Source: Nitrospiraceae bacterium
Lineage (GTDB): Bacteria; Nitrospirota; Thermodesulfovibrionia; UBA6902
Reading direction: 5' to 3'
NCBI GenBank assembly: GCA_003599025.1
Contig: QZIL01000083.1
Location: forward strand, 338 to 64,337
Length of the DNA: 64,000 bases
The notes under the pieces: model-generated
Seen by the model: the letters and a program-made list of their open reading frames with translations, nothing else
Told to the model about the DNA's origin: nothing
Databases searched by the model: none
Shown here: piece after piece, positions 36,101 to 44,680 of the stretch
How the letters are laid out: the number at the start of each line of letters is the position of its first letter
Numbering within the stretch: the first letter of the stretch is position 1
Translations under genes and position numbers: made by a program

Positions 36101-36353
36101 GCCTGTGAGGGTTAACGGGGTTAATTATTATTCAACGCTTCAGGGTGCATATGATGCAGCATCAGGCGGTTCAATAATAGAAATGAAGGCCGCGTCTTTG
36201 GCGGGAGACCTGAATCTGAACCTGAACAAGACGTTGACGCTTACCGGCGGATATGACTGCAGCTACTCAAGCGTCACAGGCATAACTACAATCATTGGCA
36301 ATGTATCGATCACCAGCGGGAAGGTCACGATAGAGAATATGGAGATACAGTAG
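27186..36353 (+). CDS. Giant (3055 aa) secreted multidomain protein: 2 x [GH51-like TIM barrel + CBM-like + beta-sandwich + MopE-like repeats + DUF2341 + LamG]
   Basis: It has a signal peptide. Clan GH-A motifs occur twice: WFEYGNESW/WFEYGNETN (acid/base NE) and IAVTEFNG (nucleophile E). The second copy has RFPGGGVHEYDWRRAIGP, typical of GH51. The remaining domains are:
- CBM4_9-like: NLVTNSGFEDDLSGW..., AWWDDIRLS.
- Repeated DxDGDGY...DCDDxDxxxNPG...CDGxDNDCDG motifs.
- DUF2341-like: LDNFPLLLKIDD...GDDIVFID...ELEKF...AWVRVPVL...IYMYYGN.
- LamG-like: FIDEVRISNIARSAEWIQAEYKNQ. Confidence 0.8.
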   Translation: MMYRINRSGLLSLFFYMLLSITAATNAQTQTASITVNAGTSLGQVNTALLSSAMARSSNIEGVWDLNENRPFPEMVAYARGMGMKYLRYQILENIDWKTAVGLSRTAEFGLPEYLQFCEAAGAIPIIVVSEKNGTAEDAADLVEYLNAPDDGSNPNGGTDWAQVRAGDGRPEPWNVVWFEYGNESWAHMPANIYVINYIDYQNAMKQVSPDIKLGAVLGNYFWDNPRGEWNAEIIPGTGSVADFYIIHTYIPNYHEDCCNAEDSACINSSFWSIYKGISNSSQVPICGYSAHDVFTSGLSGVNDQFEHFLNQLNNFIYELTGHAVGIAVTEFNGHFVQHWYFPAPYRHSLGDALINAEFIRQFMHADNIIMSNFWQFSNDYWGMVVGPNSFQNEQYKAFGMRPNYYPFYFYHNYFGDILIEVDGVLPSYYEYGLFKNGNLDLGFGVQPANADQLYIEEVATVNQLNGQWNNYPVTGVSASVDNNVLTVQFNGTDNVDYIDSQKSVHLESNTAYRLSGLIKTSNLGDGEGAYLAVQEAHAINLVTNSGFEDDLSGWILHDNSDWTFDVSNPVLDTEAYSGSQSAKINFYGTSDVNFYHIVHETIDVQPGTTYTLEGYIKTVDIEYDIAPAPAAPTEWYGIMLSVADANGCEYGSLYTCWSLLRGLKGTHAWTRVSKTFTTASYTNQLKVLLRRMSGGGAISGEAWWDDIRLSQKIVTDSLRGTSDWRYVYVDFDTGQLGNPSELAVIAGGNARSDGIENKSAMFKDISLRKITQKARNGIVPYLSVNASKSADGKKVYMIVVNKHMTESISSVITLNDFTPHNARAWVLNDWSADSKVYAHNESSNDVYAKMEDLGAVSNIVNYSFPAHSLTALVIYTDSDGDGYSSETDCNDDDVSVNPGTSESCDGVDNDCNGDVDDIPYFIDTDGDGYGNPAGGIIACNAPEGYVSDNSDCDDSNAFVSPVAEEICDDGLDNDCDGTAALCSPANWYDGGDGSIWGFRLPVSIQAGMTVADLDNFPLLLKIDDPEHPVFTQARADGDDIVFIDSQGVKLDHELEKFASASGELVAWVRVPVLTASGDTIYMYYGNDNAMNQQNTQSVWDGNYIMIQHLSETSGRHYDSTANGNNSSLTVPVNVMTQGGTATAKTGGADEFDGIDDSITVTDADSLDNIIDPVNKIAGPITIGAWIKPEGNLAAYWQKGIMSKKGGGGKGYRIVFDHNSNCYSNSIEVTYGNGSLCSAADSIVLNQWQHIAYVYDSANHFLYINGEPSLPAASYIPTSNENVTNDLLIGKWGNSFEGFIDEVRISNIARSAEWIQAEYKNQNSPENYVQFAAQEIFCTDIDGDGYAPDGGLCGVMDCNDSDVTINPATVWYKDTDDDGYSDGTAQVQCLRPFGYKLSTELTAVSGDLNDNSPDSYPGAVEICDGLDNNYDGQIDEGFDTDGDGYTTCGGDCDDNNAAINPGTTEVPYNDIDDDCGPATTDDPVANIAVNVNQGPDGKLSPIPVNRGVFGAVTVGYYREGTRLGTYHIDGAGVWDTLTNKSDDQMVEFAKDTGISFSRFPGGGVHEYDWRRAIGPQSSRLVINGGRINFGISEFLQNCNDIGSTPVIVVSDFLGNAADAANLVKYLNSPCDTTTNCTAAVPEDSVCAFQSERLNAYISNPSVIQAPSWPQLRVCDKYALGRTDLDQPWDVIWFEYGNETNSDWSPETYITNYLVYREAMQNVDNRIKLGVVNTTLHSDYEPDIDWFYKVVLGTGHVADFFIRHNYALKVLYCPTADANCPLGQDVIEAEDLFKIALASTDYQMKDDYKMLNDVIRDLTGRSDIPIPIAVTEFNGGFAQNYPVPYRHTLGTALVNADHIRQMMHADNIAMANYHHFANETWGMVTGPDYNDPSRSYSRYPNYYLFQLYKKFFGDILVNADVDSAAYEQFENRYTDRSSGVQRDDELGPDLLSGQLWAIGQPCDPQEPGIYPACEEQNSAVLTVKFNGSQDVDYSHSVKTAALEPGSWYRLSGFVNTTTGLTSSEGIYLAVQSGNNLVINGGFENDFTNWYEAAAGQPSGASRRIDHEEDHSGNKSTRIDFDGSQDVNYWETYQKQAVDPATTYMIEGYVKTDGIAYSSPSSYYGMGILAWAEGGTADDVWYSTPFKQADNWTYISKQFITPPDTFQVGVELRRFSGGGYISGTAWYDDIKLTNKASTWRVTDTHGEWSKFTVDFKNGSTTDGKVFVGRNTDGLPIAGIVNIEDVKLQKLTPKNYGSVKYLSVNASKSADGKTVYLMVVNKNITSDIASTINIDNFTPSTAQAWVLNGPSIDSTNKVSENVGVTYDGIGPVSNGFSYIFPAHSLTAIKIMDTACTDNDGDEYYQEGICGVVDCDDNNPGLTVYNYYLDSDGDGYGVSGQSIQSCVTIPPSGYAAEGSDCNDGDPLINPGLTETPYNGKDDDCSSDTRDDDLDRDGYAIADDCNDNKGLEHQGQTWYRDTDDDDYSDGTTIVSCARPAGYKTAFELIKNYGDCNDGNADIHEGVNDAVCDGIDDNCDGTPDDGYEPTPAICGTGACAASGQIACQGGQLIDTCTPGQPSTEICDAVDNDCDGQLDEDFPWFQCIGQYRRTITIKKEMLGTEPGKSLDSFPVLLKIADQNDPVFQNAQTDGDDILFTLSDGYTKLAHEIEKFDPLTGELIAWVRLPVLSSDADTDIYMFYGNSSAPEQQSKERVWGNNYVLVQHLGEMSGHHFDSTVYGNDSNAENVEAQGTNGKIGDADEFGTDSYITLPDKGNYTPLDLAGNSSVAYSAWVYARSPGENNSGGILSKSPNGTGSGYRFGLDASNCGGLVITRSGNWGGFCDITSVTMNDWDYVVYVYDSATGNHYLYIDGVLKDFKENSPQSSIENSGDFKIGVWAGSSFDGFIDEVRISNIVRSDDWIAAEYNNQNSPENYIQFAAQEIFCTDIDGDGYAVEGGVCGVMDCNDSDDGIYPGGPPVRVNGVNYYSTLQGAYDAASGGSIIEMKAASLAGDLNLNLNKTLTLTGGYDCSYSSVTGITTIIGNVSITSGKVTIENMEIQ
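31071..31272 (+). repeat. Near-identical intragenic direct repeat, copy 1
   Basis: This 202 bp tract matches 35877-36078 at an exact offset of 4806 bp. Long identical runs include GGTTTTATCGATGAAGTCCGCATTTCCAATATTG and ACCAGAACAGTCCTGAGAATTAT.TCCAATTTGCAGCACAGGAAATCTTCTGTACTGACATTGACGGTGACGG. Confidence 0.85.
35877..36078 (+). repeat. Near-identical intragenic direct repeat, copy 2
   Basis: This is the partner of 31071-31272. See the evidence there. Confidence 0.85.
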
Positions 36354-36394
36354 GGCTTAACACTATAAGCTCTTCTGCTTACTGCTCTCAAGCC

Positions 36395-39300
36395 CTAAAC
36401 CTTATGATACTCCTGCAGCGACTTTATACTTAACTGCTTCTTCAGCATCACCTCAATCGCCTTGATCGCTGCACGCGCACCCGATATAGTCGTTGTGTAA
36501 GTCACATTATACTGAAGTGCGCTTTCCCTGATCGAAAAGGAGTCCTTATTGGCCTTTGCACCTGTGACGGTGTTGATTATAAGATCGATCTCCTTGTTCT
36601 TGATCAGGTCCACGCAGTGCGGTCTTCCTTCTGTGACCTTATTGACGGTGTCAGCCTTTATACCGAGCTGGTTCAGGTAAAATGCCGTACCTCTTGTCGC
36701 GATAATCTTAAAGCCGAGCGACACAAGTATTGAGGCGAGGGAGGTTATTGCCGGTTTGTCCCAGTCTTTTACACTTATAAACACAGTGCCCTTAAGAGGC
36801 ATGGCGTTTTTTGCCGCTATCTGTGACTTAGCATATGCCCTGCCGAAATCTTCATCAATTCCCATTACCTCCCCGGTAGACTTCATCTCAGGACCGAGCA
36901 GGGTGTCGACTCCTGAAAAGCGGTCAAAGGGGAATACGGCCTCCTTGACCGTGAAATGCGGAATGTCTATCTCTGATGTCAGACCCAGTTCCTCCAGTGT
37001 CTTTCCAACCATTACCTTGGCGGCCAACTTTGCTAAAGGGACTCCAATGGATTTGCTCACATACGGGATCGTACGTGAACCTCGGGGGTTTACTTCCAGG
37101 ATGTATACTTCATTGTCTTTGACTGCGAACTGTATATTCATCAGTCCGATAACATTCAGCTCTCTGGCAAGTGCCTTTGTCTGTACCTTGATCTTCTCGA
37201 CTATCTCGGGGGACAAAGAGTAGGGGGGTAATGAACATGCTGAATCACCTGAGTGGATACCGGCCTCCTCTATATGTTCCATAATGCCTCCGACAACCAC
37301 AGTTTTACCGTCAGATATCGCATCCACATCGACTTCGATGGCGTCCTCAAGGTAATCATCTATGAGTACCGGGTGCTCTGGAGATGCGGTGACCGCCCTT
37401 TTCATGTAGTCCATGAGGCTTTTTTCATCATAAACAATTTCCATGGCCCGCCCGCCCAGGACATAAGATGGTCTGACCATGACAGGGTAGCCTATATTTC
37501 TGGCTATCTCAACTGCTTCTTCTACAGATGTTGCGGTATCACTTTCCGCCTGCCGGAGGTCAAGCTTGTGAAGGATTTCCTTAAACCTCTTTCTGTCTTC
37601 GGCCCTGTCGATTGAGTCAGGGGAGGTCCCCAGTATCCTGACGCCTTCCCGTTCAAGAGGTACAGCGAGTTTGAGAGGTGTCTGTCCGCCAAACTGGACT
37701 ATGACTCCCAGAGGTTTCTCTGTATGAATAATATTAAGAGTATCTTCAAGAGTCAGCGGTTCAAAATACAACCTGTCCGCTGTGTCGTAATCGGTACTGA
37801 CCGTCTCGGGATTGCAGTTTATCATGATCGTCTCATATCCGAGTTCCCTCAGCGCAAATACCGCATGCACGCAGCAGTAGTCAAACTCGATCCCCTGGCC
37901 GATCCTGTTGGGCCCGCTTCCGAGGATCACCACCTTTTTCCTGTCAGTGGGGTTTGCTTCGCACTCAACTGAAGCGGGTAAGCGGGTAAGCGGGTAAGCG
38001 GGTAAGTCTTTTACTTCCGCACTTCCACACTTCCGCGCTTCCAGGCTATAAAAAGGTTTTTCATACGTTGAATACATGTAAGGAGTATAAGCTCTGAATT
38101 CGGCTGCGCAGGTATCTACCATTTTATATACTGCCCTCAGACCGATATTGCCACGCATGTCTCTTATAGATTTCTCATCCGTATCGAGCAGTTGGGCGAT
38201 TCTTTTGTCGGAGAAGCCGTATTCCTTTGCGGCCTTTAACATATCTGCCGTAATCGGCCCCTCTGTCCCTTTATTTTCAGTGGCAGCATTTTTGATGTCC
38301 TTTTCCATGTCTATAATCTGCTTCATGTTGTACAGAAACCATGGATCGATTTTTGTCAGGGCATGAAGCTCCTCAATGCTTTCTCCCAGTCTAATTGCAT
38401 GCGCTATGTACCAGATACGGTCCCAGGAGGGCACCTTTATCCTGTCCCGGATTTCGGTGATGCTTGACTCAACCGGTTCAAAACCGCAACTGTCTATCTC
38501 AAGGCTCCTGATAACTTTTTGAAGAGACTCTTTAAAGGTCCTGGCTATGGACATGGCCTCTCCGACAGACTTCATCTGAGTGGTCAGGGTAGAGTCGGCC
38601 TCCGGGAATTTCTCGAATGCGAACCTCGGGTATTTAACGACCACATAATCTAATGTAGGCTCAAATGACGCAGGAGTTTCCTTGGTGATGTCGTTTGGTA
38701 CTTCATCAAGGCTCAGGCCAACAGCAAGCTTGGCAGCGATCTTGGCGATCGGGAAACCGGTTGCCTTGGACGCAAGCGCTGAACTCCTTGAAACCCTCGG
38801 GTTCATCTCTATGACGATCATATTGCCGTTGGCAGGATTTACCGCAAACTGGACATTTGACCCTCCTGTATCCACGCCAATCTCCTGCATGATCGCTATG
38901 GCCGCGTCCCTCATTATCTGATATTCCTTGTCCGTCAGGGTCTGTGCGGGAGCGACCGTGATAGAATCTCCGGTATGGACCCCCATCGGGTCGAAGTTCT
39001 CTATTGAACAGATGATGACGACATTGTCTTTGTTGTCACGCATCACCTCAAGCTCGTATTCCTTCCATCCGAGCACTGATTCTTCCACAAGGACCTGACT
39101 GACCGGGCTCAGCTTCAGGGCCTTTTTCAGGCTCTCGCTGTATTCATCCATGTTATATGCTATACCGCCGCCTGTGCCGCCCATCGTAAAGGAAGGCCTC
39201 AGGATAAGAGGTAAACTGAGTTCCTCAGCGACCTTCATCCCTTCTTCAAGCGAATTTACCGTAGCACTGCGCGGAGTCTTCAGACCTATCTTTGCCATCG

Positions 39301-39703
39301 CCTGTTTAAACAGCTCTCTGTCTTCGGCCTTTTTGATCGCTGGGATCCTGGCACCGATGAGCTCCACCCCGTATTTATCGAGGACACCGTTTTCTGACAG
39401 GGCCACTGCAAGATTCAGGGCAGTCTGCCCTCCCATTGTAGGAAGCAGTGCATCAGGCCGTTCTTTCTCGATGATCATTTCCAGGACTTCAACCGTAAGT
39501 GGTTCGATGTATGTGACGTCAGCTGTTTCAGGGTCGGTCATAATTGTCGCAGGGTTGGAGTTGACAAGTATCACTTTATATCCTTCCTCGCGCAGGGCCT
39601 TGCAGGCCTGGGTGCCGGAGTAATCAAATTCACAGGCCTGACCGATGATGATAGGTCCTGATCCAATAAGTAAGATGCTTTTGATGTCTGTTCTTTTTGG
39701 CAT
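36395..39703 (-). CDS. carB: Carbamoyl-phosphate synthase large subunit, carrying a 31 aa in-frame insertion
   Basis: The protein is 1102 aa. It starts [30 protein letters not shown] and has a second half [21 protein letters not shown], giving two ATP-grasp units plus an MGS-like C-terminus. Confidence 0.95.
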   Translation of the reverse strand: MPKRTDIKSILLIGSGPIIIGQACEFDYSGTQACKALREEGYKVILVNSNPATIMTDPETADVTYIEPLTVEVLEMIIEKERPDALLPTMGGQTALNLAVALSENGVLDKYGVELIGARIPAIKKAEDRELFKQAMAKIGLKTPRSATVNSLEEGMKVAEELSLPLILRPSFTMGGTGGGIAYNMDEYSESLKKALKLSPVSQVLVEESVLGWKEYELEVMRDNKDNVVIICSIENFDPMGVHTGDSITVAPAQTLTDKEYQIMRDAAIAIMQEIGVDTGGSNVQFAVNPANGNMIVIEMNPRVSRSSALASKATGFPIAKIAAKLAVGLSLDEVPNDITKETPASFEPTLDYVVVKYPRFAFEKFPEADSTLTTQMKSVGEAMSIARTFKESLQKVIRSLEIDSCGFEPVESSITEIRDRIKVPSWDRIWYIAHAIRLGESIEELHALTKIDPWFLYNMKQIIDMEKDIKNAATENKGTEGPITADMLKAAKEYGFSDKRIAQLLDTDEKSIRDMRGNIGLRAVYKMVDTCAAEFRAYTPYMYSTYEKPFYSLEARKCGSAEVKDLPAYPLTRLPASVECEANPTDRKKVVILGSGPNRIGQGIEFDYCCVHAVFALRELGYETIMINCNPETVSTDYDTADRLYFEPLTLEDTLNIIHTEKPLGVIVQFGGQTPLKLAVPLEREGVRILGTSPDSIDRAEDRKRFKEILHKLDLRQAESDTATSVEEAVEIARNIGYPVMVRPSYVLGGRAMEIVYDEKSLMDYMKRAVTASPEHPVLIDDYLEDAIEVDVDAISDGKTVVVGGIMEHIEEAGIHSGDSACSLPPYSLSPEIVEKIKVQTKALARELNVIGLMNIQFAVKDNEVYILEVNPRGSRTIPYVSKSIGVPLAKLAAKVMVGKTLEELGLTSEIDIPHFTVKEAVFPFDRFSGVDTLLGPEMKSTGEVMGIDEDFGRAYAKSQIAAKNAMPLKGTVFISVKDWDKPAITSLASILVSLGFKIIATRGTAFYLNQLGIKADTVNKVTEGRPHCVDLIKNKEIDLIINTVTGAKANKDSFSIRESALQYNVTYTTTISGARAAIKAIEVMLKKQLSIKSLQEYHKV
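37973..38042. repeat. Two adjacent 8 bp tandem repeat arrays inside carB
   Basis: (AAGCGGGT)x4 lies at 37973-38004. (ACTTCCRC)x3.5 lies at 38013-38042. Confidence 0.9.
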
Positions 39704-39770
39704 TTCTTATATCCTAATCCTTATATGTAATCTGTTCTTCGTGTGTGATCTGTGCGTATGATTAAAACTT

Positions 39771-39838
39771 GTCATTCCGGCTTGTCCGGAATCTTCCTTT
39801 ATCTTCAGGCGGTCAGATTCCCGACTAGCGGGAATGAC
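39771..39838. repeat. Palindromic intergenic element, GTCATTCC...GGAATGAC family
   Basis: The sequence is GTCATTCCGGCTTGTCCGGAATCTTCC...GATTCCCGACTAGCGGGAATGAC. It lies between orf 39847..40458 and carB. Confidence 0.75.
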
Positions 39839-39846
39839 GCAAATTA

Positions 39847-40458
39847 TTAACTCCTCAGAAACTCCCTTATCTCCCTAACCGGGATTTCAGGTTCTCCATC
39901 AATTTTTCCCGCCTCTAATCTGGCCGCATAGATTATTCGTTCTGAATTGTCTGTCAATAATAGAGAGAGGGTAATAAATTCTTCGGACTCACCCAGTCCG
40001 GGGACAGCGCTTCCATGCTGTGCTGATATTTTCTGCACAAAATTAATCCCGTCAATGTTGTCCGGGTTAAACTGTCTGTTTCCGACAATGACCGACTTTA
40101 TGTCTGCAAAGGGGATATTTTCCCTCTTCTTAATAAAAAGTCCGGACTGAATTATATGGGCTGTCCTGTCCTTTCTGTCAAATACAACCTGCAGTTCCTT
40201 ATCCTTAAAGATGAATTTATTGGCCCCGATAAAGGACAGGGCAAATATTATGATGAGTATGGTATATCGTAAAAGAGGCGGTCTGCTGTCAGTCAGTATA
40301 TATGCAGCCAGGGCCGCTGCAGAGGCAAGCAGCATGGATGAAAACTCTTTTGAATATACTCCGGAATGCAATACACTCGTTCTTTCTGCTTTAAATGAGG
40401 ATGTTTTAAAAACAAGTTTATTGCCAACGGTTGTAAGCTGATAGTTGCCGGTTACCAT
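39847..40458 (-). CDS. Hypothetical membrane protein embedded between carA and carB
   Basis: The protein is 203 aa with two predicted TM helices ([31 protein letters not shown]). Its ATG overlaps the carA stop by 7 nt. I recognise no family. Confidence 0.55.
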   Translation of the reverse strand: MVTGNYQLTTVGNKLVFKTSSFKAERTSVLHSGVYSKEFSSMLLASAAALAAYILTDSRPPLLRYTILIIIFALSFIGANKFIFKDKELQVVFDRKDRTAHIIQSGLFIKKRENIPFADIKSVIVGNRQFNPDNIDGINFVQKISAQHGSAVPGLGESEEFITLSLLLTDNSERIIYAARLEAGKIDGEPEIPVREIREFLRS

Positions 40459-41615
40459 GTCTCTAACATTTCCCTGAAGCGCTTGAAGATATACCCTGAA
40501 TCATTCGGTCCCGGCCCTGCCTCAGGATGGTGCTGAAAGGATATGACCGGGAGCTCTTTATGCTTCATTCCCTCTTCTGTCCCGTCATAAAGGTTCTTGT
40601 GGGTCAGCTCGACCTGTCCGCCAAGGCTTTTAATGTCGACGCAGTAGTTGTGGTTCTGTGAGGTTATCTCCACTTTGCGCGTTGACAGGTCCATGACAGG
40701 GTGGTTTCCACCATGATGTCCGAATTTCAGCTTGTAAGTCCTGCCTCCAAGTGCCAGTCCCAGTATCTGGTGTCCTAAGCATATGCCGAGTATCGGTTTT
40801 TTGCCGAGGAGTTTTTTTGCCGCGTCAATAGCGTAAGTGACTGTCTGCGGGTCTCCCGGCCCGTTGCTCAGCACTATTCCATGCGGCGCCATATTAAGCA
40901 CTTCCTCCGCAGGTGTCTGTGCAGGCACAACAGTAACTTCAAACCCCGCGTTGACAAGGTGTCGAAGTATGTTCATCTTGACTCCAAAATCGTAGACAAC
41001 AAGGGACAGTGACGGGTGGGGAGTGACTACCCCCCCTTCGCCCCCCCTTACTAAGGGGGGGATGGGGGGGTGTTCTTCTAATTTCCAGAGCGGTTCTGTC
41101 CATCTAAATGCTTCTTTTGCAGTTACTTCTTTCACAAGGTCCAGAGCGGATATGCCTGGATGGTTTCTCACTTTCGCAAGAAGGCTTTCCGGATCCGAGT
41201 CTGTTGATGAAATGATCCCCATCTGAACGCCGTTGTCCCGCAGATGCCTTGTCAGTGCCCTTGTATCAATACCATCAATTGCCACTTTATTATTTTCCTT
41301 AAGGTATTGTTCCAGGCTTTTGTGAGACCGCCAGTTGCTGGGAAAGTCAAAAAATTCCCTTGCGATAAAACCTTCAACATTCGGGCCCCTGGACTCAATG
41401 TCCTCAGGATTCACCCCGTAGTTACCTATCTGGGAATATGTCATGGCTACTATCTGACCCTTGTAGGAAGGATCAGTTATGATTTCCTGATACCCGGTCA
41501 TGGAGGTGTTAAATACAACCTCGCCGATGGTCTCAAGATCAGCCCCGAAGCTCCGCCCTTCAAAGACAGTGCCGTCCGACAGTACTAAAAGCGCTTTTGT
41601 TCTGTTTGTTTTCAT
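40452..41615 (-). CDS. carA: Carbamoyl-phosphate synthase small (glutaminase) subunit
   Basis: The protein is 387 aa. It has the GATase active site GICLGHQ, a HHPE motif, and a typical CPSase small-subunit N-domain. Confidence 0.95.
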   Translation of the reverse strand: MKTNRTKALLVLSDGTVFEGRSFGADLETIGEVVFNTSMTGYQEIITDPSYKGQIVAMTYSQIGNYGVNPEDIESRGPNVEGFIAREFFDFPSNWRSHKSLEQYLKENNKVAIDGIDTRALTRHLRDNGVQMGIISSTDSDPESLLAKVRNHPGISALDLVKEVTAKEAFRWTEPLWKLEEHPPIPPLVRGGEGGVVTPHPSLSLVVYDFGVKMNILRHLVNAGFEVTVVPAQTPAEEVLNMAPHGIVLSNGPGDPQTVTYAIDAAKKLLGKKPILGICLGHQILGLALGGRTYKLKFGHHGGNHPVMDLSTRKVEITSQNHNYCVDIKSLGGQVELTHKNLYDGTEEGMKHKELPVISFQHHPEAGPGPNDSGYIFKRFREMLETW

Positions 41616-41665
41616 AATTTGATATTTTTTACTCCATGCGGTCTCTGCAAAAGTTTCTGACTTCT

Positions 41666-41710
41666 GTCATTCCGGTCGGTCTGACTGGATCCGAGCTTGT
41701 CTGCAATGAC
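41666..41710. repeat. Degenerate short copy of the GTCATTCC...AATGAC element
   Basis: The full sequence is GTCATTCCGGTCGGTCTGACTGGATCCGAGCTTGTCTGCAATGAC. It lies in the pyrC-carA spacer. Confidence 0.5.
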
Positions 41711-41771
41711 AATAATAAATTAATAAATTCAAAATTCCCGACTCCTTGCTAACGACTACTGGCTACTGGTT

Positions 41772-43046
41772 TCAGTTCCATTCAAAAACCTTACCCATTG
41801 ATATGGTCTTTTCAACTGTTCCCCTGAGGGTCCATTTATTAAATGGAGAGTTCTTGCCTTTTGAAAGGAACGCGGATGAATCTACTTTGAATTCCCTGTC
41901 CATATTAATTACTGCTATATCAGCGTCAGAATCAGCGGCCAAGATCCCTTTTCTTATTCCCATTATATGAGAAGGATGTATTGTCATTCTTGCAATAAGC
42001 TGCTTTATATCCAGTACCCCCTGATCAACCAGCTGCAGTCCAAGGGCAAAGGCTGTTTCAAGGCCGGATATTCCGAAGGCGGCTGAATCAAATTCCTTGT
42101 TCTTGTCATCCACATGATGAGGGGCATGGTCTGTTGCGATGACGTCAATTGTACCATCTTTAAGTCCCTCTTTGATAGCCTCAACATCACCTGCTGTCCT
42201 GATCGGGGGATTGACCTTCAGGTTGGTGTCATAGCTGATAATTGCCTCGTCCGTAAGGGAGAAATAATGGGGACATGTCTCTGCTGTCACATTTATGCCG
42301 CGTGCTTTTGCGTCCCGGATGAGTTTTACCGAGCCTTCAGTAGAAACGTGGGCTATATGGAGCCGCCCGCCGGTCAGTTCACAAAGGGACAGGTCCCTTG
42401 CAACCATGACTTCCTCAGCTGCCTTTGGTATTCCCCTCAGGCCTACAATAGTTGAAACAAAACCTTCATTCATCACCCCGCCTTCAGACAAGGCAAGGTC
42501 TTCACAATGGGATATGATCGGGACGTTGAATATCTTTGAGTATTCGAGTGCACGTCTCATGATAAGACTGTTTGTTACCGGGTGACCGTCATCCGAGAAT
42601 GCAATGCAGCCTGCCTTCATGAGCGCTTCCAGCTGGGTGAGCTCTTCACTCTTCTGCCCGGTTGTTATCGCCCCGATAGGATAGACAGTGCAAGAGCCTT
42701 CTTTTACGGACTTTTCGAGTATGAACTCTGTTACGGATATTGTGTCGTTGACAGGCTTTGTATTCGGCATGCAGCAGACCGTTGTAAAGCCGCCTCTGAC
42801 AGCAGCCAGAGTCCCTGACCTGATAGTTTCTTTGTATTCAAAGCCCGGTTCTCTCAGATGTGTATGCATGTCGACAAGGCCGGGTATGACGACACAGCCT
42901 GAGGCATCAATTATTTTATCAGCATCTGGGCCCTTACCTTCAGGATAAAGCCCCTGAATTTTTCGCCCTTTTATCAAAACGTCATAATGACCGTCTATAT
43001 TTTCCGAAGGGGCTATTACACGGCCGTTTTTTATAAGGATGTTCAT
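41772..43046 (-). CDS. pyrC: Dihydroorotase
   Basis: The protein is 424 aa with [11 protein letters not shown] (HxH metal ligands) and the DHAPH motif. Confidence 0.9.
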   Translation of the reverse strand: MNILIKNGRVIAPSENIDGHYDVLIKGRKIQGLYPEGKGPDADKIIDASGCVVIPGLVDMHTHLREPGFEYKETIRSGTLAAVRGGFTTVCCMPNTKPVNDTISVTEFILEKSVKEGSCTVYPIGAITTGQKSEELTQLEALMKAGCIAFSDDGHPVTNSLIMRRALEYSKIFNVPIISHCEDLALSEGGVMNEGFVSTIVGLRGIPKAAEEVMVARDLSLCELTGGRLHIAHVSTEGSVKLIRDAKARGINVTAETCPHYFSLTDEAIISYDTNLKVNPPIRTAGDVEAIKEGLKDGTIDVIATDHAPHHVDDKNKEFDSAAFGISGLETAFALGLQLVDQGVLDIKQLIARMTIHPSHIMGIRKGILAADSDADIAVINMDREFKVDSSAFLSKGKNSPFNKWTLRGTVEKTISMGKVFEWN

Positions 43047-43963
43047 TTTTTTACTCCTGCGAGAAGATATAAAACTGCCATTCTGACAGCAAGGCCGTTG
43101 GTAACCTGTTCCAGTATTACCGACTGGGGCCCGTCAGCTACAGCGGATTCGATTTCGACCCCCCTGTTCATGGGGCCTGGATGCATAACAATAGCGTTGC
43201 TTTTAGCCAGTTTCAGTCTTTCAGAGGTGAGGCCGTAAAGCTTGAAATATTCCTCAAGCGAGGGAAGGAACCCTTTGCTCTGACGCTCGAGCTGAAGTCT
43301 GAGGGCCATGATAACATCTGCTTTCTTTATCCCGTCATCGATGGAATGAAATACCTCTACCCCGAGCTTCTCTATCTCTGCAGGCATAAGTGTTGGAGGG
43401 CCTATCAATCTCACCCTGGCCCCGAGTTTTGTTAATGCATAAATATTGGATTTTGCGACTCTGCTATGGGAAATGTCTCCGATTATTGATACGGTCAGGT
43501 CTTTAATGTTCTTTTTATGGGACTGAATTGTGAACAGATCAAGCAGTGCCTGTGTGGGATGTTCGTTGGCTCCGTCACCCGCATTTATGACAGACATTTC
43601 CAGCAGGTTGCTGAGATAGTGGGGGACTCCGGCTGACGGGTGCCTTATTACTACAAAGTCAGCCCCAAGAGACTGGATCGTAAGCGCGGTGTCCTTTATA
43701 GTCTCACCTTTGAGCACACTGCTGGTCGACACTGAGAAATTCACAAAATCAGCGCTCAGTCTTTTTGCTGCAAGGGCAAAAGAGGTCTTGGTCCGGGTTG
43801 ATGGTTCAAAAAAAAGGCTCACGACTGTTTTGCCTCTCAGGGGTGGGACCTTCTTTATGTCCCTCTGAAGAACGTCCCTGAAACCTGCTGCGGTATCAAG
43901 GATATGATAGATTTCTTCAGGCGTCAGGTCTTTTATTCCCAGAAGGTGTTTTGATTTCATCAT
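43043..43963 (-). CDS. pyrB: Aspartate carbamoyltransferase catalytic subunit
   Basis: Motifs [22 protein letters not shown] and HPGP are present. It overlaps pyrC by 4 nt. Confidence 0.95.
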   Translation of the reverse strand: MMKSKHLLGIKDLTPEEIYHILDTAAGFRDVLQRDIKKVPPLRGKTVVSLFFEPSTRTKTSFALAAKRLSADFVNFSVSTSSVLKGETIKDTALTIQSLGADFVVIRHPSAGVPHYLSNLLEMSVINAGDGANEHPTQALLDLFTIQSHKKNIKDLTVSIIGDISHSRVAKSNIYALTKLGARVRLIGPPTLMPAEIEKLGVEVFHSIDDGIKKADVIMALRLQLERQSKGFLPSLEEYFKLYGLTSERLKLAKSNAIVMHPGPMNRGVEIESAVADGPQSVILEQVTNGLAVRMAVLYLLAGVKK

Positions 43964-44008
43964 AATGATAACCTGATGCAGCAGTCCGGTATTATGCTTT
44001 CAGTCAAA

Positions 44009-44542
44009 TTACTGTTCACTTATTAATACCACCCTGTCTTTACTGTTCTCTGTATCAAGATCCACCTGTATCCGGTCGTTAAAAGACGTAGGAATATTTT
44101 TACCTGCGTAATCTGCCCTGATAGGCAGTTCCCTGTGCCCCCTGTCTATAAGTACGGCAAGCTGAATGTAGGCAGGTCTGCCGAAGTCTATAAGGGCATC
44201 CATGGCCGCCCTTATGCTTCTGCCGGTATAGAGCACATCATCTACGAGGATTACAGTCTTTTCATCAATGCTGCACGGTATCTCTGTGCGTTTCACTACA
44301 GGCTGTTCTTCTTTTGTGTTTAAATCATCCCTGTATAATGTAATGTCAAGCTTGCCGACCTGGATCTTTCCGCCTTCGATGGACTCGATCTGGGAAGCGA
44401 GCTTCTCGGCTAGTATGACCCCGCCTTTTTGTATACCGACAAGGCAGAGGTTTGACATCCCCTTGTTTTTTTCGATTATCTCGTGGGCCATTCTTCTGAT
44501 GGCCCTGTTGATGTCATTGCTGTCCAGTATTTCTTTAGGCAT
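44009..44542 (-). CDS. pyrR: Bifunctional pyr operon regulator / uracil phosphoribosyltransferase PyrR
   Basis: The protein is 177 aa with a PRPP-binding loop ([17 protein letters not shown]). It is the first gene of the pyr operon. Confidence 0.9.
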   Translation of the reverse strand: MPKEILDSNDINRAIRRMAHEIIEKNKGMSNLCLVGIQKGGVILAEKLASQIESIEGGKIQVGKLDITLYRDDLNTKEEQPVVKRTEIPCSIDEKTVILVDDVLYTGRSIRAAMDALIDFGRPAYIQLAVLIDRGHRELPIRADYAGKNIPTSFNDRIQVDLDTENSKDRVVLISEQ

Positions 44543-44624
44543 TAAAAGAACCTTTCTCTTAAATATTCTGTTGAAATGGGGAAGTAACCTGTGCGGGTGC
44601 GGTACTGAAGTTTTATTAAGGATG

Positions 44625-44680
44625 AGAGGTACAATCGTGTCTTCCTTTCCAGCCTCTCAGGACCAGTTTAAAGGTTTATG
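44625..44680 (-). promoter_or_regulatory. Candidate PyrR-binding RNA element in the pyrR leader
   Basis: The minus-strand transcript reads CCUUUAAACUGGUCCUGAGAGGCUGGAAAGGAAG about 100 nt upstream of the pyrR ATG. This resembles the conserved UCCAGAGAGGCU...AAGG PyrR binding loop, from memory. I saw no clean U-tract terminator downstream. Confidence 0.45.

Noticed and set aside
37973-38042. The tandem 8-mers in carB as a CRISPR-like or other array.
   Set aside because: The units are 8 bp with no spacers, lie inside a conserved CDS, and no cas genes are in the window. This is a microsatellite-like insertion, not a CRISPR array.
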